A stretch of 64,000 bases of DNA from Bryobacterales bacterium (lineage in GTDB: Bacteria; Acidobacteriota; Terriglobia; Bryobacterales; Bryobacteraceae). The stretch is from assembly GCA_003157745.1 (NCBI GenBank), contig PMKM01000242.1, positions 67,375 through 131,374 on the forward strand, read 5' to 3'. How positions within the stretch are numbered: the first letter of the stretch is position 1; each line of letters starts with the position of its first letter. The notes below the pieces were generated by a model that worked only from the letters and a program-made list of their open reading frames with translations, searched no databases and was not told the origin of the DNA. Positions 27,761 through 37,399 of the stretch are shown here, piece by piece. Both the position numbers and the translations under genes were made by a program.

Positions 27761-28081
27761 ATGGACTCCGCGAACAGGCCAAGAGAAGTTGCCATCCACC
27801 AGTCCGTCAATCGGCCGAACCTGGTCCTCGGCGGCGACCGCGAGCTCGTGCTCGTCACGATTATGGTCAGCGTCAGCCTGGGATTCAGTCTGGCCACCTG
27901 GTGGGGCATTGGCTTGAGCGTGGTGTTCTGGGTGGCAGCGATGGCGGCCTTGCAGCGCATGGGCAAGGCCGACCCGCTCCTCCGGCACGCCTACCTGCGC
28001 CACGTGGGCTACCGCAACTTCTATCCGGCGAAGAGCGGGCTGCACTCGCAGACGCTTCCCACGCCGCTCAATTGGAGGTGA
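27761..28081 (+). CDS. trbD: TrbD (VirB3 family)
   Basis: About 106 aa with a central TM hairpin; RPNLVLGGDRELV is typical of VirB3/TrbD. Positioned between trbC and trbE. Confidence 0.85.
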   Translation: MDSANRPREVAIHQSVNRPNLVLGGDRELVLVTIMVSVSLGFSLATWWGIGLSVVFWVAAMAALQRMGKADPLLRHAYLRHVGYRNFYPAKSGLHSQTLPTPLNWR

Positions 28082-28083
28082 CG

Positions 28084-30516
28084 ATGCAGATTACGGAACA
28101 TCGCAGTCGTGCCCGCGGCTTGGCCGATCTGCTGCTATACGACGCGCTGGTCGAAGACGGCATCCTGCTGCAACAGGACGGATCCTTGCTGGCCGCCTGG
28201 TCGTATCGCGGTCCCGACACGATGTCGTCCTCGGCCGCTGAGATGGCGGCACTCAGTGCGCGCCTGAACAGCGTGCTGCGTCTCGGCAGCGGTTGGATGG
28301 TGCAGTGTGATGCCATCCGGTCGCAAGCGCCCGGCTATCCCGATCCCGGCGCCTTTCCGGACCTGGTCACGCGAGTCATCGACGACGAACGTCGCCAGCA
28401 GTTCACCGCCGAAGGCTCCCACTACGAGAGCGAGTATTTCCTCAGCCTCACCTACCTGCCGCCGGTAGAGGCAGAAGAGAAGCTCAAGGGCTGGATGTTC
28501 GAGGGCAACGCGCACCATGCGGAGGCGGCCCAACTCATCCTTGACCGCTTCCGCGCCCGGCTGGAAGCCTTCGAGAACATCTTCGGTCAGATCTTCCGGG
28601 TCGAGCGGCTCCGGCTCGGCGGCGGCGACCAAGATCCGCTTCTTCGATACATTCACCGCTGCCTCACCGGCAACGACCATCCGATCCTTCTCCCGCAGAT
28701 CCCCGCCCACCTCAACGACCTGCTTGCCTCCGAAGATTTCTGCGGCGGCATCGAGCCGCGAATCGGCCGCAAGCATATCCACATGATCGCGATTGACGGC
28801 CTGCCCCGCAGCAGTTCGCCCGGCCTGCTCCGCGAGCTCGATTCCATTCCCATTGAATATCGCTGGAACACGCGCGCCCTGCTCATCGATCCCGAAGAGG
28901 CACGGGCTCTGCTCGACAACACGCGGCGGAAGTGGCGCTCGAAGATCCGCGGCTGGAAGGACCAGATCTTCCACACGCAATCCGGCCCGGTGAACATGTT
29001 CGCCCAGGAGATGGCGGCCGATGCGGAGACTGCCATGGGCGTCGCCAGCGCGGGCGATGTCCAGTTCGCAGAGTATTCTTCGAACCTCGTCCTTCTCGAT
29101 GAGGACCGCGCTCGCCTCCAGGAGAGCACGCGCCTGGTGATGAAGACCATCCAGAACCTGGGCTTTGCGTGCCGTCTGGAGACCATCAACGCGATTGAGG
29201 CCTGGCGCGGCAGTCTCCCCGGCGATGGCTACCGCAACGTGCGCCGCACGCTTCTGCACACGCTGAACCTGGCGGACCTTCTTCCAACCAGTTCCGTCTG
29301 GGCTGGCCAGCGTGAGAATCCATCGAGCCTGATGCCGAAGCACAGCGCGCCGCTACTGTACGCCGCCACGTCGGGCGCCACGCCGTTCCGCTTCAACCTC
29401 CACGTTTCGGACCTCGGCCACACGCTGGTCTGCGGCCCATCTGGTGCGGGAAAGTCGACGCTGCTCGGTTTGCTCGCTGCGCAGTGGTTCCGCTACGACC
29501 GCGCCCAGGTCTTCGCGTTCGACAAGGGCTACTCGCTTTACGTCCTCAACAAAGCGTCTGGCGGTGAGTTCTACGACCTGGCCGGACCGAAGACACACCT
29601 AGCGTTCTGCCCGCTCCGCGAACTGGACGACGATTCGGACGTCACCTGGGCGGTCGGCTGGCTAGAGGCGCTCTGCGTTCTCAACAACCTTAAGGTGACA
29701 CCGAAGCACCGCAACGCACTCACCGAGGCCGTCCTGCAACTCCGCCTCTCGCCCTCGCGCACCCTGACCGAACTCAGCGCGAACGTGCAGGACATGGAGG
29801 TCCGCGACGCCCTCCAGCACTACACGCTCGCCGGGCCGCTCGGCTCGCTGCTCGATGCTGACGAAGATCTCCTCGGTGACGGGCGATTCCTGACATTCGA
29901 AACGGAGCACCTGCTTCAACTCGACGACAAGAGCGTGCTGCCGGTGCTGCTCTACCTTTTCCGCCGTATCGAAAAGCGCCTAGATGGCTCACCCACGCTG
30001 GTGCTGCTCGACGAAGCCTGGGTCTACCTTCGTCACGGCCTGTTCCGCGAACGGATGCGCGATTGGCTCAAGACGCTGCGCCGCATGAACGGTGTCGTCG
30101 TCATGGCCACCCAGCAACTCAGCGACGTCTGCAATTCCGAAATCGCCGACGTGATCCTAGAGAACTGCCCGACGAAGATCCTGCTGCCGAACGCCGAAGC
30201 TCAGACGCCGAACTCGAAGGCATTCTATGACCGTGTCGGCCTCAATGACACCGAGTTGAGCCTGCTGCAAACGGCCGTGCCGAAGCAGCACTACTACGTT
30301 CTCTCCCCCTTGGGGCGGCGGTTGATCTCGCTCGGACTTGGCAAGGTCACGCTGTCCTTTGTCGGCGTCAACGGCACTGAAGAGCGGCGCGGCTTCGACG
30401 AAGTCGCTGCCACCTCGCCCGACTGCTGGCGTTCCGAATGGTTGCGATTCCGTGGCCTGGAGAAGTGGGCCGCGTATCTCGAAGAAATGGAGGCTTCCTC
30501 ATGCGTAAACGTCTGA
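28084..30516 (+). CDS. trbE: TrbE (VirB4 ATPase)
   Basis: Walker A GPSGAGKST and Walker B LVLLDEAW. About 810 aa from the ATG at 28084, which lies 2 nt after the trbD stop. Confidence 0.9.
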   Translation: MQITEHRSRARGLADLLLYDALVEDGILLQQDGSLLAAWSYRGPDTMSSSAAEMAALSARLNSVLRLGSGWMVQCDAIRSQAPGYPDPGAFPDLVTRVIDDERRQQFTAEGSHYESEYFLSLTYLPPVEAEEKLKGWMFEGNAHHAEAAQLILDRFRARLEAFENIFGQIFRVERLRLGGGDQDPLLRYIHRCLTGNDHPILLPQIPAHLNDLLASEDFCGGIEPRIGRKHIHMIAIDGLPRSSSPGLLRELDSIPIEYRWNTRALLIDPEEARALLDNTRRKWRSKIRGWKDQIFHTQSGPVNMFAQEMAADAETAMGVASAGDVQFAEYSSNLVLLDEDRARLQESTRLVMKTIQNLGFACRLETINAIEAWRGSLPGDGYRNVRRTLLHTLNLADLLPTSSVWAGQRENPSSLMPKHSAPLLYAATSGATPFRFNLHVSDLGHTLVCGPSGAGKSTLLGLLAAQWFRYDRAQVFAFDKGYSLYVLNKASGGEFYDLAGPKTHLAFCPLRELDDDSDVTWAVGWLEALCVLNNLKVTPKHRNALTEAVLQLRLSPSRTLTELSANVQDMEVRDALQHYTLAGPLGSLLDADEDLLGDGRFLTFETEHLLQLDDKSVLPVLLYLFRRIEKRLDGSPTLVLLDEAWVYLRHGLFRERMRDWLKTLRRMNGVVVMATQQLSDVCNSEIADVILENCPTKILLPNAEAQTPNSKAFYDRVGLNDTELSLLQTAVPKQHYYVLSPLGRRLISLGLGKVTLSFVGVNGTEERRGFDEVAATSPDCWRSEWLRFRGLEKWAAYLEEMEASSCVNV

Positions 30517-31217
30517 TTGCCGTCGCCGTGCTCGTTGGGATGGCGGGCACGCTCACGCCCGTTGCTCAGGCTGGCGCGTTCGCGACGGAGGTGACTCAAC
30601 TACTGAACCACGCTCAACTCGTCATGCAGTACATCCGGCAGGGCGAGCAACTGGTCAACGAAGTCAAGATGTACGAGAACATGCTCCGGAACACAAAGCA
30701 GCTCTCGGGGCAGACCTTTGGCGCGATTCAGTCCGACATCAGCGCCCTTGCCAACATCGTGCAAGGTGGCATGGCGCTTTCGTACTCGCTCGCGAACCTC
30801 GATGGCGAGTTTCGCGCCCGCTATCCCAACTACGGCTACTCGGCCAACACCTACTACAAGGACTACGCCAAGTGGTCGCAGACCTCGATGGACACCACGC
30901 TCGGGACGCTGCGCGCCGCTGGCTTGCAGGGACAGCAGCTTCAGAGCGAACAGACGGTGCTGGCCAGCCTGCGCACGATGTCGCAGACCTCAGACGGGCA
31001 GATGCAGGCGTTGCAAGTAGTCAGCCAGATTGCCGAACAGCAAGTCCAACAGCTCATGAAGCTGCGGGAGCTGATGATGGCCGACATGTCGAGCAAGCAG
31101 GCGTACCAGGCGACGACAATTCAACGGCAGTCGGCGAGCGAAGCGGCAACCCAGCGGTTCTTCACCTGGACGCCCGAGAAGTCGGACGGGAAGACCTACC
31201 AGTCGGGGTGGAAATGA
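30501..31217 (+). CDS. trbJ: TrbJ (VirB5 family)
   Basis: Signal peptide MRKRLIAVAVLVGMAGTLTPVAQA. Helical, Q-rich body. Positioned after trbE, which it overlaps. Confidence 0.8.
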   Translation: MRKRLIAVAVLVGMAGTLTPVAQAGAFATEVTQLLNHAQLVMQYIRQGEQLVNEVKMYENMLRNTKQLSGQTFGAIQSDISALANIVQGGMALSYSLANLDGEFRARYPNYGYSANTYYKDYAKWSQTSMDTTLGTLRAAGLQGQQLQSEQTVLASLRTMSQTSDGQMQALQVVSQIAEQQVQQLMKLRELMMADMSSKQAYQATTIQRQSASEAATQRFFTWTPEKSDGKTYQSGWK

Positions 31218-31552
31218 GGGCCATGATGCGACTTCTTCTTGCGGTGACCTTGATCGCGCTGGCGGGTTGCTCCGTTCGCGAGCGGCCCAGCGCCATCGTC
31301 CAGCGTGCGGAAGCGGCTGGCTCGGGCAGGCTGGACTCGGCGTCGTCTCTCGCGATGCAGTCCTGGCTCGAACGCCATCGGGATGTCGCGGCAGAGTTGG
31401 ATCGTATGTGCGCGCCGGTTCGCGAGAAGGCCCAGGCGGAGTGGCAAGACACGACCGAAGGCCGCGTTTGTGCCGCTTCGCGCAATGTCGTGATGACCAC
31501 GTTCAAGCGCCTCGAAGGCGATCACAAGACCTACGGCGCGGGGTGGAAATAG
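31214..31552 (+). CDS. Small lipoprotein in the trbK position (possible entry exclusion protein)
   Basis: ATGA overlap with trbJ. Lipobox LIALAGC. 112 aa, located between trbJ and trbL. Confidence 0.6.
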   Translation: MRAMMRLLLAVTLIALAGCSVRERPSAIVQRAEAAGSGRLDSASSLAMQSWLERHRDVAAELDRMCAPVREKAQAEWQDTTEGRVCAASRNVVMTTFKRLEGDHKTYGAGWK

Positions 31553-31553
31553 C

Positions 31554-32783
31554 ATGGCGAAGCGACCGTCAGTGCTCCGGGCCGGCTTCTTCTTGCTGCT
31601 GATGGCGGGTTGCGCGCTCGCGCAGACGGCCACCGCCCCGAGCCAGATCCTCGACCAATACCGTGACCAGCGCATCACCTGGTTCACGAACGTCTGGCCC
31701 TACGCCAACACGCTGTTCGGCTTGCTCGCCGTAATCGAGTTTGCCTGGAGCGCGGCCGTGATGCTGCTCGAAAAGTCGGACATGCAGTCCTGGACCGCCG
31801 CGCTGGTGCGCAAGATCATGTGGCTCGGCGCGTTCTACACGCTGTTGGTTTATGGGCGGTGGTGGGTCCCGGCCATCGTGAACAGTTTCGAGCAGATCGG
31901 CCAGACCGCCTCCGGCACTGGCCCGATGTCGCCCACCGATGTCTTCCTGCGCGGGCTGAACATTGGCGGCGCCATGATGGACGCCGCCAGTTCCTCGGCG
32001 TTCTTCACCAATACCGGCGCCTGCCTGGCGCTGGTTTTCGCCGCGGCAATCACCGTCCTCTCCTTCATCGCGATCACCATCCAGTTCATCGTGGCGATGG
32101 TTGAGAGCTATATCGTCGTGGCGGCCGGCATCATCTTCCTCGGCTTCGGCGGCTCGCGCTGGACCGCGCCCTACGTGGAGCGCTACATCGGCCTCGGCGT
32201 CTCCACCGGCGTCAAGATCATGCTGCTCTACCTGCTGATGGGCACCGGGATGAACGTGTCCCTTGGGTGGATCGATGCCGCGACGGCAATCGGCACATCC
32301 TCGAAACCTGCCATGAACGCTTTCGAGATCATGGGGGCCTCGCTCATCTTCATGATGCTCTGCTGGCAGATTCCGAAGCTGTTCGCAGCGGTTCTCGGAG
32401 GCTCTCCCGCATTGTCAGGCGGCGATCTTGCCGCGATTGGAGGGACTCTGGCAACTGGCGCGATGCTGGCTGGCACCGCAGGCCTCGGCGGTGCCGCGGT
32501 TGCTGGTGGTGCCGGAGCTGGGGCAGGAGCGAGTGCCGGTGCGGGTGGCAGCTCCGGCGCTGGGATGGCGACCGGGGCGGGCGCAAGCGTTGCTCCTCCT
32601 TCAGCGCCCTCGACGGCGACGGTCGGGGCAAGCACTTCTTCCCAGCCCGACCCGCCCAGCCGGAGTTCGGTCGCGCCAGTAATGGACGCGGCGCGAACCA
32701 TGCGGGGCATGGGCAACATGGTCCCCTCTGACGCGGCCCCGCACACGCCGCCGCCACGCATGAACATCGATCACCAGGAATAG
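31554..32783 (+). CDS. trbL: TrbL (VirB6 family) polytopic membrane protein
   Basis: Multiple TM helices and a Gly/Ala-rich C-terminal tail. Conserved position in the operon. Confidence 0.85.
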   Translation: MAKRPSVLRAGFFLLLMAGCALAQTATAPSQILDQYRDQRITWFTNVWPYANTLFGLLAVIEFAWSAAVMLLEKSDMQSWTAALVRKIMWLGAFYTLLVYGRWWVPAIVNSFEQIGQTASGTGPMSPTDVFLRGLNIGGAMMDAASSSAFFTNTGACLALVFAAAITVLSFIAITIQFIVAMVESYIVVAAGIIFLGFGGSRWTAPYVERYIGLGVSTGVKIMLLYLLMGTGMNVSLGWIDAATAIGTSSKPAMNAFEIMGASLIFMMLCWQIPKLFAAVLGGSPALSGGDLAAIGGTLATGAMLAGTAGLGGAAVAGGAGAGAGASAGAGGSSGAGMATGAGASVAPPSAPSTATVGASTSSQPDPPSRSSVAPVMDAARTMRGMGNMVPSDAAPHTPPPRMNIDHQE

Positions 32784-32794
32784 GAGAAACGGCG

Positions 32795-33460
32795 TTGAGT
32801 TCACCGGACACGAAACTATACAACCCCTACCTCGCGGCCCGCCGCGATTGGGACGAACGCTACGGCAATCTCATCTCCCGCGCGAAGAACTGGCGACTCA
32901 TGGCGCTCGTCAGCGGCGTGGTGGCGTTGGCAGCGGTCATTGGGATGGCCGTCCTTGCTACGCGCTCGCGTATCATTCCCTTCGTCGTCGCCATCGATTC
33001 ACTCGGCCGACCGGTTGCCACCGGCGTCGCCGAACAGGCATCCAGCGCGGATGATCGTCTGAAGCGGGCGACCGTTCTGAGTTGGGTTGAAGACTTGCGT
33101 ACCGTCACCACCGACGGCATCGCGCAACGGCGTTCGATTGACCGCGTCTACGCGCACATTGCGAACGGCAGCCAGGCGCAGCCGTTCGTCACCGAGTTCT
33201 ACCGGAACGATCCGCCGCAGAAACGCGCCCAGACCGAGACCACCAGCGTCGATGTGAAGTCCGTTCTGCCCACCAGTGACCGGACCGTCGAAGTCGAGTG
33301 GATCGAAACGACGCGCGACCTCTACGGGACCGTGAAGACAGAAGAGCGCTGGAAGGGATCGTTCACGATTGCCGTCAGCCCGCCCAGCGATGAGCGCTTG
33401 GCGCGCGTGAACCCGCTTGGTGTTTATGTGACGAATGCCAGTTGGACCAGAGTGCTTTAG
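32795..33460 (+). CDS. trbF: TrbF (VirB8 family)
   Basis: NPYLAARRDWDERYG is the typical TrbF N-terminus, followed by one TM helix. The TTG start is preceded by AGGAGA. Confidence 0.85.
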   Translation: MSSPDTKLYNPYLAARRDWDERYGNLISRAKNWRLMALVSGVVALAAVIGMAVLATRSRIIPFVVAIDSLGRPVATGVAEQASSADDRLKRATVLSWVEDLRTVTTDGIAQRRSIDRVYAHIANGSQAQPFVTEFYRNDPPQKRAQTETTSVDVKSVLPTSDRTVEVEWIETTRDLYGTVKTEERWKGSFTIAVSPPSDERLARVNPLGVYVTNASWTRVL

Positions 33461-33477
33461 GAACGGGAGACACAGCT

Positions 33478-34485
33478 GTGCGACATCATCGATTTATCAT
33501 CGGAACTCTTGCGCTGGCCAGCCTGGCGATGGCGCAGACGAAGCCTAAGGGCCAGTCTTCGGGCTCGGTCCTCGACAAGTACGATTTCGGCGAGCAGGTG
33601 CGCGTTCTGGAGGGTGCGCAACCCGCTACGCCAGGCCCAGCCCCTGCGAAGCGCGTCCCGATTGCCCGCGCGGCAGAGAAGCCGGTTGAGGTGAAGGCAG
33701 ACGTGCCGCTCACTCCGACTGCCGAAGAGGCCGTCCGCGTGAGCGCCCAGTGGATGACGTCAAAGAATCCGCCAGCCGCCGGCCCGGACGGAAAGGTCCT
33801 GTACTCGTATGGTGCAGGCCTTCCGACCGTCGTCTGTGCGCCGCTGCGGGTCTGCATCATCGAACTTCAGCCCGGTGAGAAGCTGATGGGCGAGCCGCAG
33901 ATCGGCGATTCAGTCCGCTGGAACCTCGCGCCGGCATCCTACGGCAAGGCCGATGACCTAACCTCAGTGATCGTGCTCAAGCCGCAGTCCTCGGGCCTCG
34001 ATACCAACCTACTCATCACAACGGACCGCCGCGCCTATTACCTGCGCTTGATCTCGAAGCCTGAAGAATACGTCGCGCGAGTGGCGTTCGCGTACCCCGA
34101 TGGTGACGACCGCAAGTGGCGTGAGCACCTGGCGCAGCAACGCGAGGAACAGAAGGTCGCCGACCGCAATAGTCAGTTGACTCCCGCGGCCATCGCCATC
34201 GGGAACCTCTGCTTCGACTACTCCCTCAAAGGCGGAGATGAGAACGTTCGCCCGTTGCGCGTCTTCGACGACGGCGCGAAAACCTACATCCAAATGCCTG
34301 CCGGTGTGCAGAACCGCGAGGCCCCCGCACTGGTGGTCGTCGGCGCGGACGGAAAGAGCGAGATGCTCAACTACCGTGTGAAAGACCAGCTCTACATCGC
34401 GGACCGCCTCTTCGATCATGCCCAGCTCATTCTCGGCACCGGCAAGAAGGCCCAGAAAGTGGAGATCACCCGTGAGCGAAAGTAA
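33478..34485 (+). CDS. trbG: TrbG (VirB9 family)
   Basis: Signal peptide (GTG start after GGGAGA). RVFDDGAKTYIQMP matches the TrbG/VirB9 C-terminal signature. Confidence 0.85.
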   Translation: MRHHRFIIGTLALASLAMAQTKPKGQSSGSVLDKYDFGEQVRVLEGAQPATPGPAPAKRVPIARAAEKPVEVKADVPLTPTAEEAVRVSAQWMTSKNPPAAGPDGKVLYSYGAGLPTVVCAPLRVCIIELQPGEKLMGEPQIGDSVRWNLAPASYGKADDLTSVIVLKPQSSGLDTNLLITTDRRAYYLRLISKPEEYVARVAFAYPDGDDRKWREHLAQQREEQKVADRNSQLTPAAIAIGNLCFDYSLKGGDENVRPLRVFDDGAKTYIQMPAGVQNREAPALVVVGADGKSEMLNYRVKDQLYIADRLFDHAQLILGTGKKAQKVEITRERK

Positions 34486-35797
34486 ACCCATCGAATCGCC
34501 TGCCGGGCTCGACGTGAACCCGAAACCGCCAAATCCGATCCGCGTGAGCAAGCGGGCGGGCGCTTTCGCTCTTGTCATCGTGATGCTCATCCTCGGCGCG
34601 TTCGCCTTCGGTGGCTATCGCCGTCAGCAGATCCAGCAGGCCAAAGCGGCGGACCTCGGGAACAAGGGCGTAGCACCTGCCACATTGGCGGGCTCGGAAG
34701 TCGCCAAAGACATTCCCTCGGGTAGCGTGCCACTCGCGAAGCCCGCCGCGTCTGACCTGGTCGCGCCCGAGGACGTGAAGGCTTCGAACAACACGACACC
34801 GCCTCCGGCCACGACGCCTGTTGTGGTTCGGCAGTACCCACCGCAACCCGCGATGCCGCAGTACGAAGCTCCGCGGACTCCGTCGCCCGAAGAGCAGGAG
34901 CACGCCGCGGCCTACTCCCGAGAGCAACAGGCTCGCATGGCTCCTACCTCAGCTCGCCAAAACAGCGTCTCCGGTTGGACGCCGGACGTGTCTGTCCCCA
35001 CAGCGCGGCCGACCGCAGAGTCAACGCCCAACCTCGCCTCGCTCGTAAACTCCATAGCAGGAGGCCAATCACAGAACGGCGGCCGGCAGCCTTCCGAGTA
35101 CGACGAACAGAACATGCAATCGCGTAAGGACGCGTTCCTCGCCAACAACCGAACCGCATCTTCCGGTGACTACTTGCGCTCGACCCGCACCGCCCCGCTT
35201 TCCCAATTCGAAATCAAAGCGGGCTGGGAAATCCCGGCCGTCCTGGAGCAGGCTATCAACTCCGATCTGCCCGGCGAGCTGAAGGCACTCGTCATGTCGA
35301 ACGTCTACGACACCGCCACCGGCCGTTATCTCCTCATCCCGCAAGGTTCGCGTCTGGTCGGCATCTACGATTCGCACGTCGGCTACGGCCAGGATGGCGT
35401 TCAGGTCGTCTGGAATCGCATCATCTACCCCGACGCCTCCACGCTCGACCTCGACGGCATGATGGGCCTCGATTCTCACGGCAACGCCGGGCTGCGGTAT
35501 CAGGTCGATCACCACTACAAGCGCCTGATCGGCTTCGCGGTGCTGACCAGCATGTTCACTGCGGCATACGAAATCTCGCAGAACCGCCGTCAATCAGTCC
35601 TGACGACTCCCAGCACCGGCCAGACCGCAAGCGCCGCTGTCGGGCAGGAGATGTCCCAACTCGGCTCGCAGATCACGCGCCGCAATCTCAACGTACAGCC
35701 GACCATCAAAATCCCAGTCGGCTACAAGTTCAACGTCCGCGTCAACCGCGACATCTTGTTCGAGGCGCCGTATGCGCCGATGAGGGCCGCCCGCTGA
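34472..35797 (+). CDS. trbI: TrbI (VirB10 family)
   Basis: The N-terminal TM helix is followed by a Pro-rich linker. The C-terminal segment VVWNRIIYPDASTLDLDGMMGLDSHGNAGL is VirB10-like. The GTG start overlaps the end of trbG. Confidence 0.85.
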   Translation: MSESKPIESPAGLDVNPKPPNPIRVSKRAGAFALVIVMLILGAFAFGGYRRQQIQQAKAADLGNKGVAPATLAGSEVAKDIPSGSVPLAKPAASDLVAPEDVKASNNTTPPPATTPVVVRQYPPQPAMPQYEAPRTPSPEEQEHAAAYSREQQARMAPTSARQNSVSGWTPDVSVPTARPTAESTPNLASLVNSIAGGQSQNGGRQPSEYDEQNMQSRKDAFLANNRTASSGDYLRSTRTAPLSQFEIKAGWEIPAVLEQAINSDLPGELKALVMSNVYDTATGRYLLIPQGSRLVGIYDSHVGYGQDGVQVVWNRIIYPDASTLDLDGMMGLDSHGNAGLRYQVDHHYKRLIGFAVLTSMFTAAYEISQNRRQSVLTTPSTGQTASAAVGQEMSQLGSQITRRNLNVQPTIKIPVGYKFNVRVNRDILFEAPYAPMRAAR

Positions 35798-35819
35798 CGG
35801 CTCGTTTTGAGGAACCCTT

Positions 35820-36026
35820 ATGACTGAACTGGCCGCACGTCGGGAGATCCTAACCCTTCATGAGGTCGCCGAGATCCTCCGCTGCTCGAAAACCCACGTA
35901 TCCAACGTGATCAACGGCAAGGTTGCCGGAGTGCCGAGGCTGACGCATCTGGCGATGGGCCGCCGCAAGCTCATCCGCCGCGCCTGGCTCGATCAATGGA
36001 TGGAAGCGAATAAATCGCAATGTTAG
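35820..36026 (+). CDS. Excisionase/AlpA-like HTH DNA-binding protein
   Basis: 68 aa. LTLHEVAEILRCSKTHVSNVI is HTH_17-type. GAGGA RBS. It lies directly upstream of the integrase gene. Confidence 0.7.
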   Translation: MTELAARREILTLHEVAEILRCSKTHVSNVINGKVAGVPRLTHLAMGRRKLIRRAWLDQWMEANKSQC

Positions 36027-36079
36027 CATCGGAACTATGCCAGTCATCGCCGCTGGAGGCGCAGGAAAGCGAGAAACAA

Positions 36080-37183
36080 ATGCGTCGAAGGCGGTTCCAG
36101 CGTGGCTCTCTGCGGCCACGGAAACGCGAAGGGAGAGTGTATTGGTACGCGCAGTGGCGGGAGCATGGCGACCCGAAGTCCAAGGAGTTGGGACTTTGCT
36201 CGACCCTCTCCCGTGCTGAGGCGGAGACGATGCTTGCCGCTATTCTCCAACCGATCAATGAGGGCATCGGCAAGCCACAGAAGCCGGTTTGGACGTTCAA
36301 AGGGTTCATCGATTCGGTGTACCTTCCAGTCTTCCGAGGCAAATGGAAGGCATCGACCGCGATGACCGAAGAGAACCGGGTTCGAGTTCACCTGGTCAAA
36401 GGCCTGGGTTCCACGCTAATGGCCAAGATAGAAAGGGAGGACCTGCAGAAGTTCTTGAACAAGAAAGCTAGGTCGATAGCGAAGGGCGGTATGGACCAGT
36501 TACGTTTCCGGTTGCGTTCGATCTTCGCGCTCGCCGTCAGCGAAGGCGTTGTGGACCGGAACCCGGCGACATCGCTCTACACTCCGCGGGACTGCAAGAA
36601 GACCGGGGAGAAGCGCATCCTCACACCGGAGCAGATTGGCACGCTCATGGGTGCTCTCGAAATGAGGGAGCGGCTCATCGTGCAGTTCGCAACCTACGAA
36701 GGGATGCGGCCAGGCGAAATCCTCGGCCTGCAGATGGGCGATGTAGATGGCAACTCGGTCTGGGTTCGCCGGCGGCTGTACAAGGGCAACATCGACGTGC
36801 CCAAAACACGCCGCTCCGAGCGCCAGGTGGCGCTATCGGACTCAACCACAGCGCTGCTGCACGAGTGGCTTGGGCTCATCGGGGACATCAGCCCGGAGAC
36901 GTGGCTGTTTCCTTCGGAGACGTTCAAGTCGCCGATCCGGCGGGACAACATCTGGCGGCGGTGTATGCTCGCGAAGCTCCGCAAGGTGAAGCTGGAGTGG
37001 GCGACGTTCCAGGTGATGCGCCGAACCTTTGCTACGAACTCGAAGAAGGCCGGCGTGGACGCTCATACGCGATCGGCGCAGATGGGCAACACCGTCGATG
37101 TCAACGAGAACGAATACGCGGTCAGCACGTTCGAAGATCGGCTGGCTGCGGTTCGCAAGGTGGAAGCCACTGTCATTCAGTGA
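36080..37183 (+). CDS. Tyrosine site-specific integrase
   Basis: The N-terminal RRRFQRGSLRPRKREGRVYWYAQW is an arm-binding type segment. The catalytic region contains GMRPGEILGL, HEWL and FQVMRRTFATN. It lies next to the tRNA fragment. Confidence 0.9.
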   Translation: MRRRRFQRGSLRPRKREGRVYWYAQWREHGDPKSKELGLCSTLSRAEAETMLAAILQPINEGIGKPQKPVWTFKGFIDSVYLPVFRGKWKASTAMTEENRVRVHLVKGLGSTLMAKIEREDLQKFLNKKARSIAKGGMDQLRFRLRSIFALAVSEGVVDRNPATSLYTPRDCKKTGEKRILTPEQIGTLMGALEMRERLIVQFATYEGMRPGEILGLQMGDVDGNSVWVRRRLYKGNIDVPKTRRSERQVALSDSTTALLHEWLGLIGDISPETWLFPSETFKSPIRRDNIWRRCMLAKLRKVKLEWATFQVMRRTFATNSKKAGVDAHTRSAQMGNTVDVNENEYAVSTFEDRLAAVRKVEATVIQ

Positions 37184-37353
37184 CAGTGCCGGGGAGCGCT
37201 CGATGTCAGAGGCTCTTCGCGACAAGGGAAACGCGAGGGATTTCGAAAGACGGTCGGAGGTCGCAGTGGGAACTCTGATCGGGGCTTGGGAAGCTTAACG
37301 CAGTAAACGCAGTAATGACTGATTTCGTGATTGGCTGTAAGTTATTGAAAAGA

Positions 37354-37399
37354 TGGAGCGGGAGACCGGATTCGAACCGGCGACGTCCAGCTTGGGAAG
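37354..37399 (-). other. 3' 46 nt of a tRNA-Gly(CCC) gene (anticodon loop through CCA) with no 5' half: the att junction of the conjugative element
   Basis: The minus strand reads CTTCCCAAGCTGGACGTCGCCGGTTCGAATCCGGTCTCCCGCTCCA. This gives the anticodon loop TTCCCAA, the 3' anticodon stem, the T arm GCCGG-TTCGAAT-CCGGT, the acceptor 3' strand and CCA. The upstream sequence has no GCGGGAG acceptor strand and no D arm. Confidence 0.75.

Larger units (their letters stand above)
1..37399. mobile_element. Integrated conjugative element (MOBP-like relaxase, MPF-T trb system); right end at the tRNA-Gly fragment, left end outside the window
   Basis: Relaxosome genes, oriT-like region, complete trbBCDEJLFGI operon, xis-int and a terminal tRNA 3' fragment are all present. 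Confidence 0.7.
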
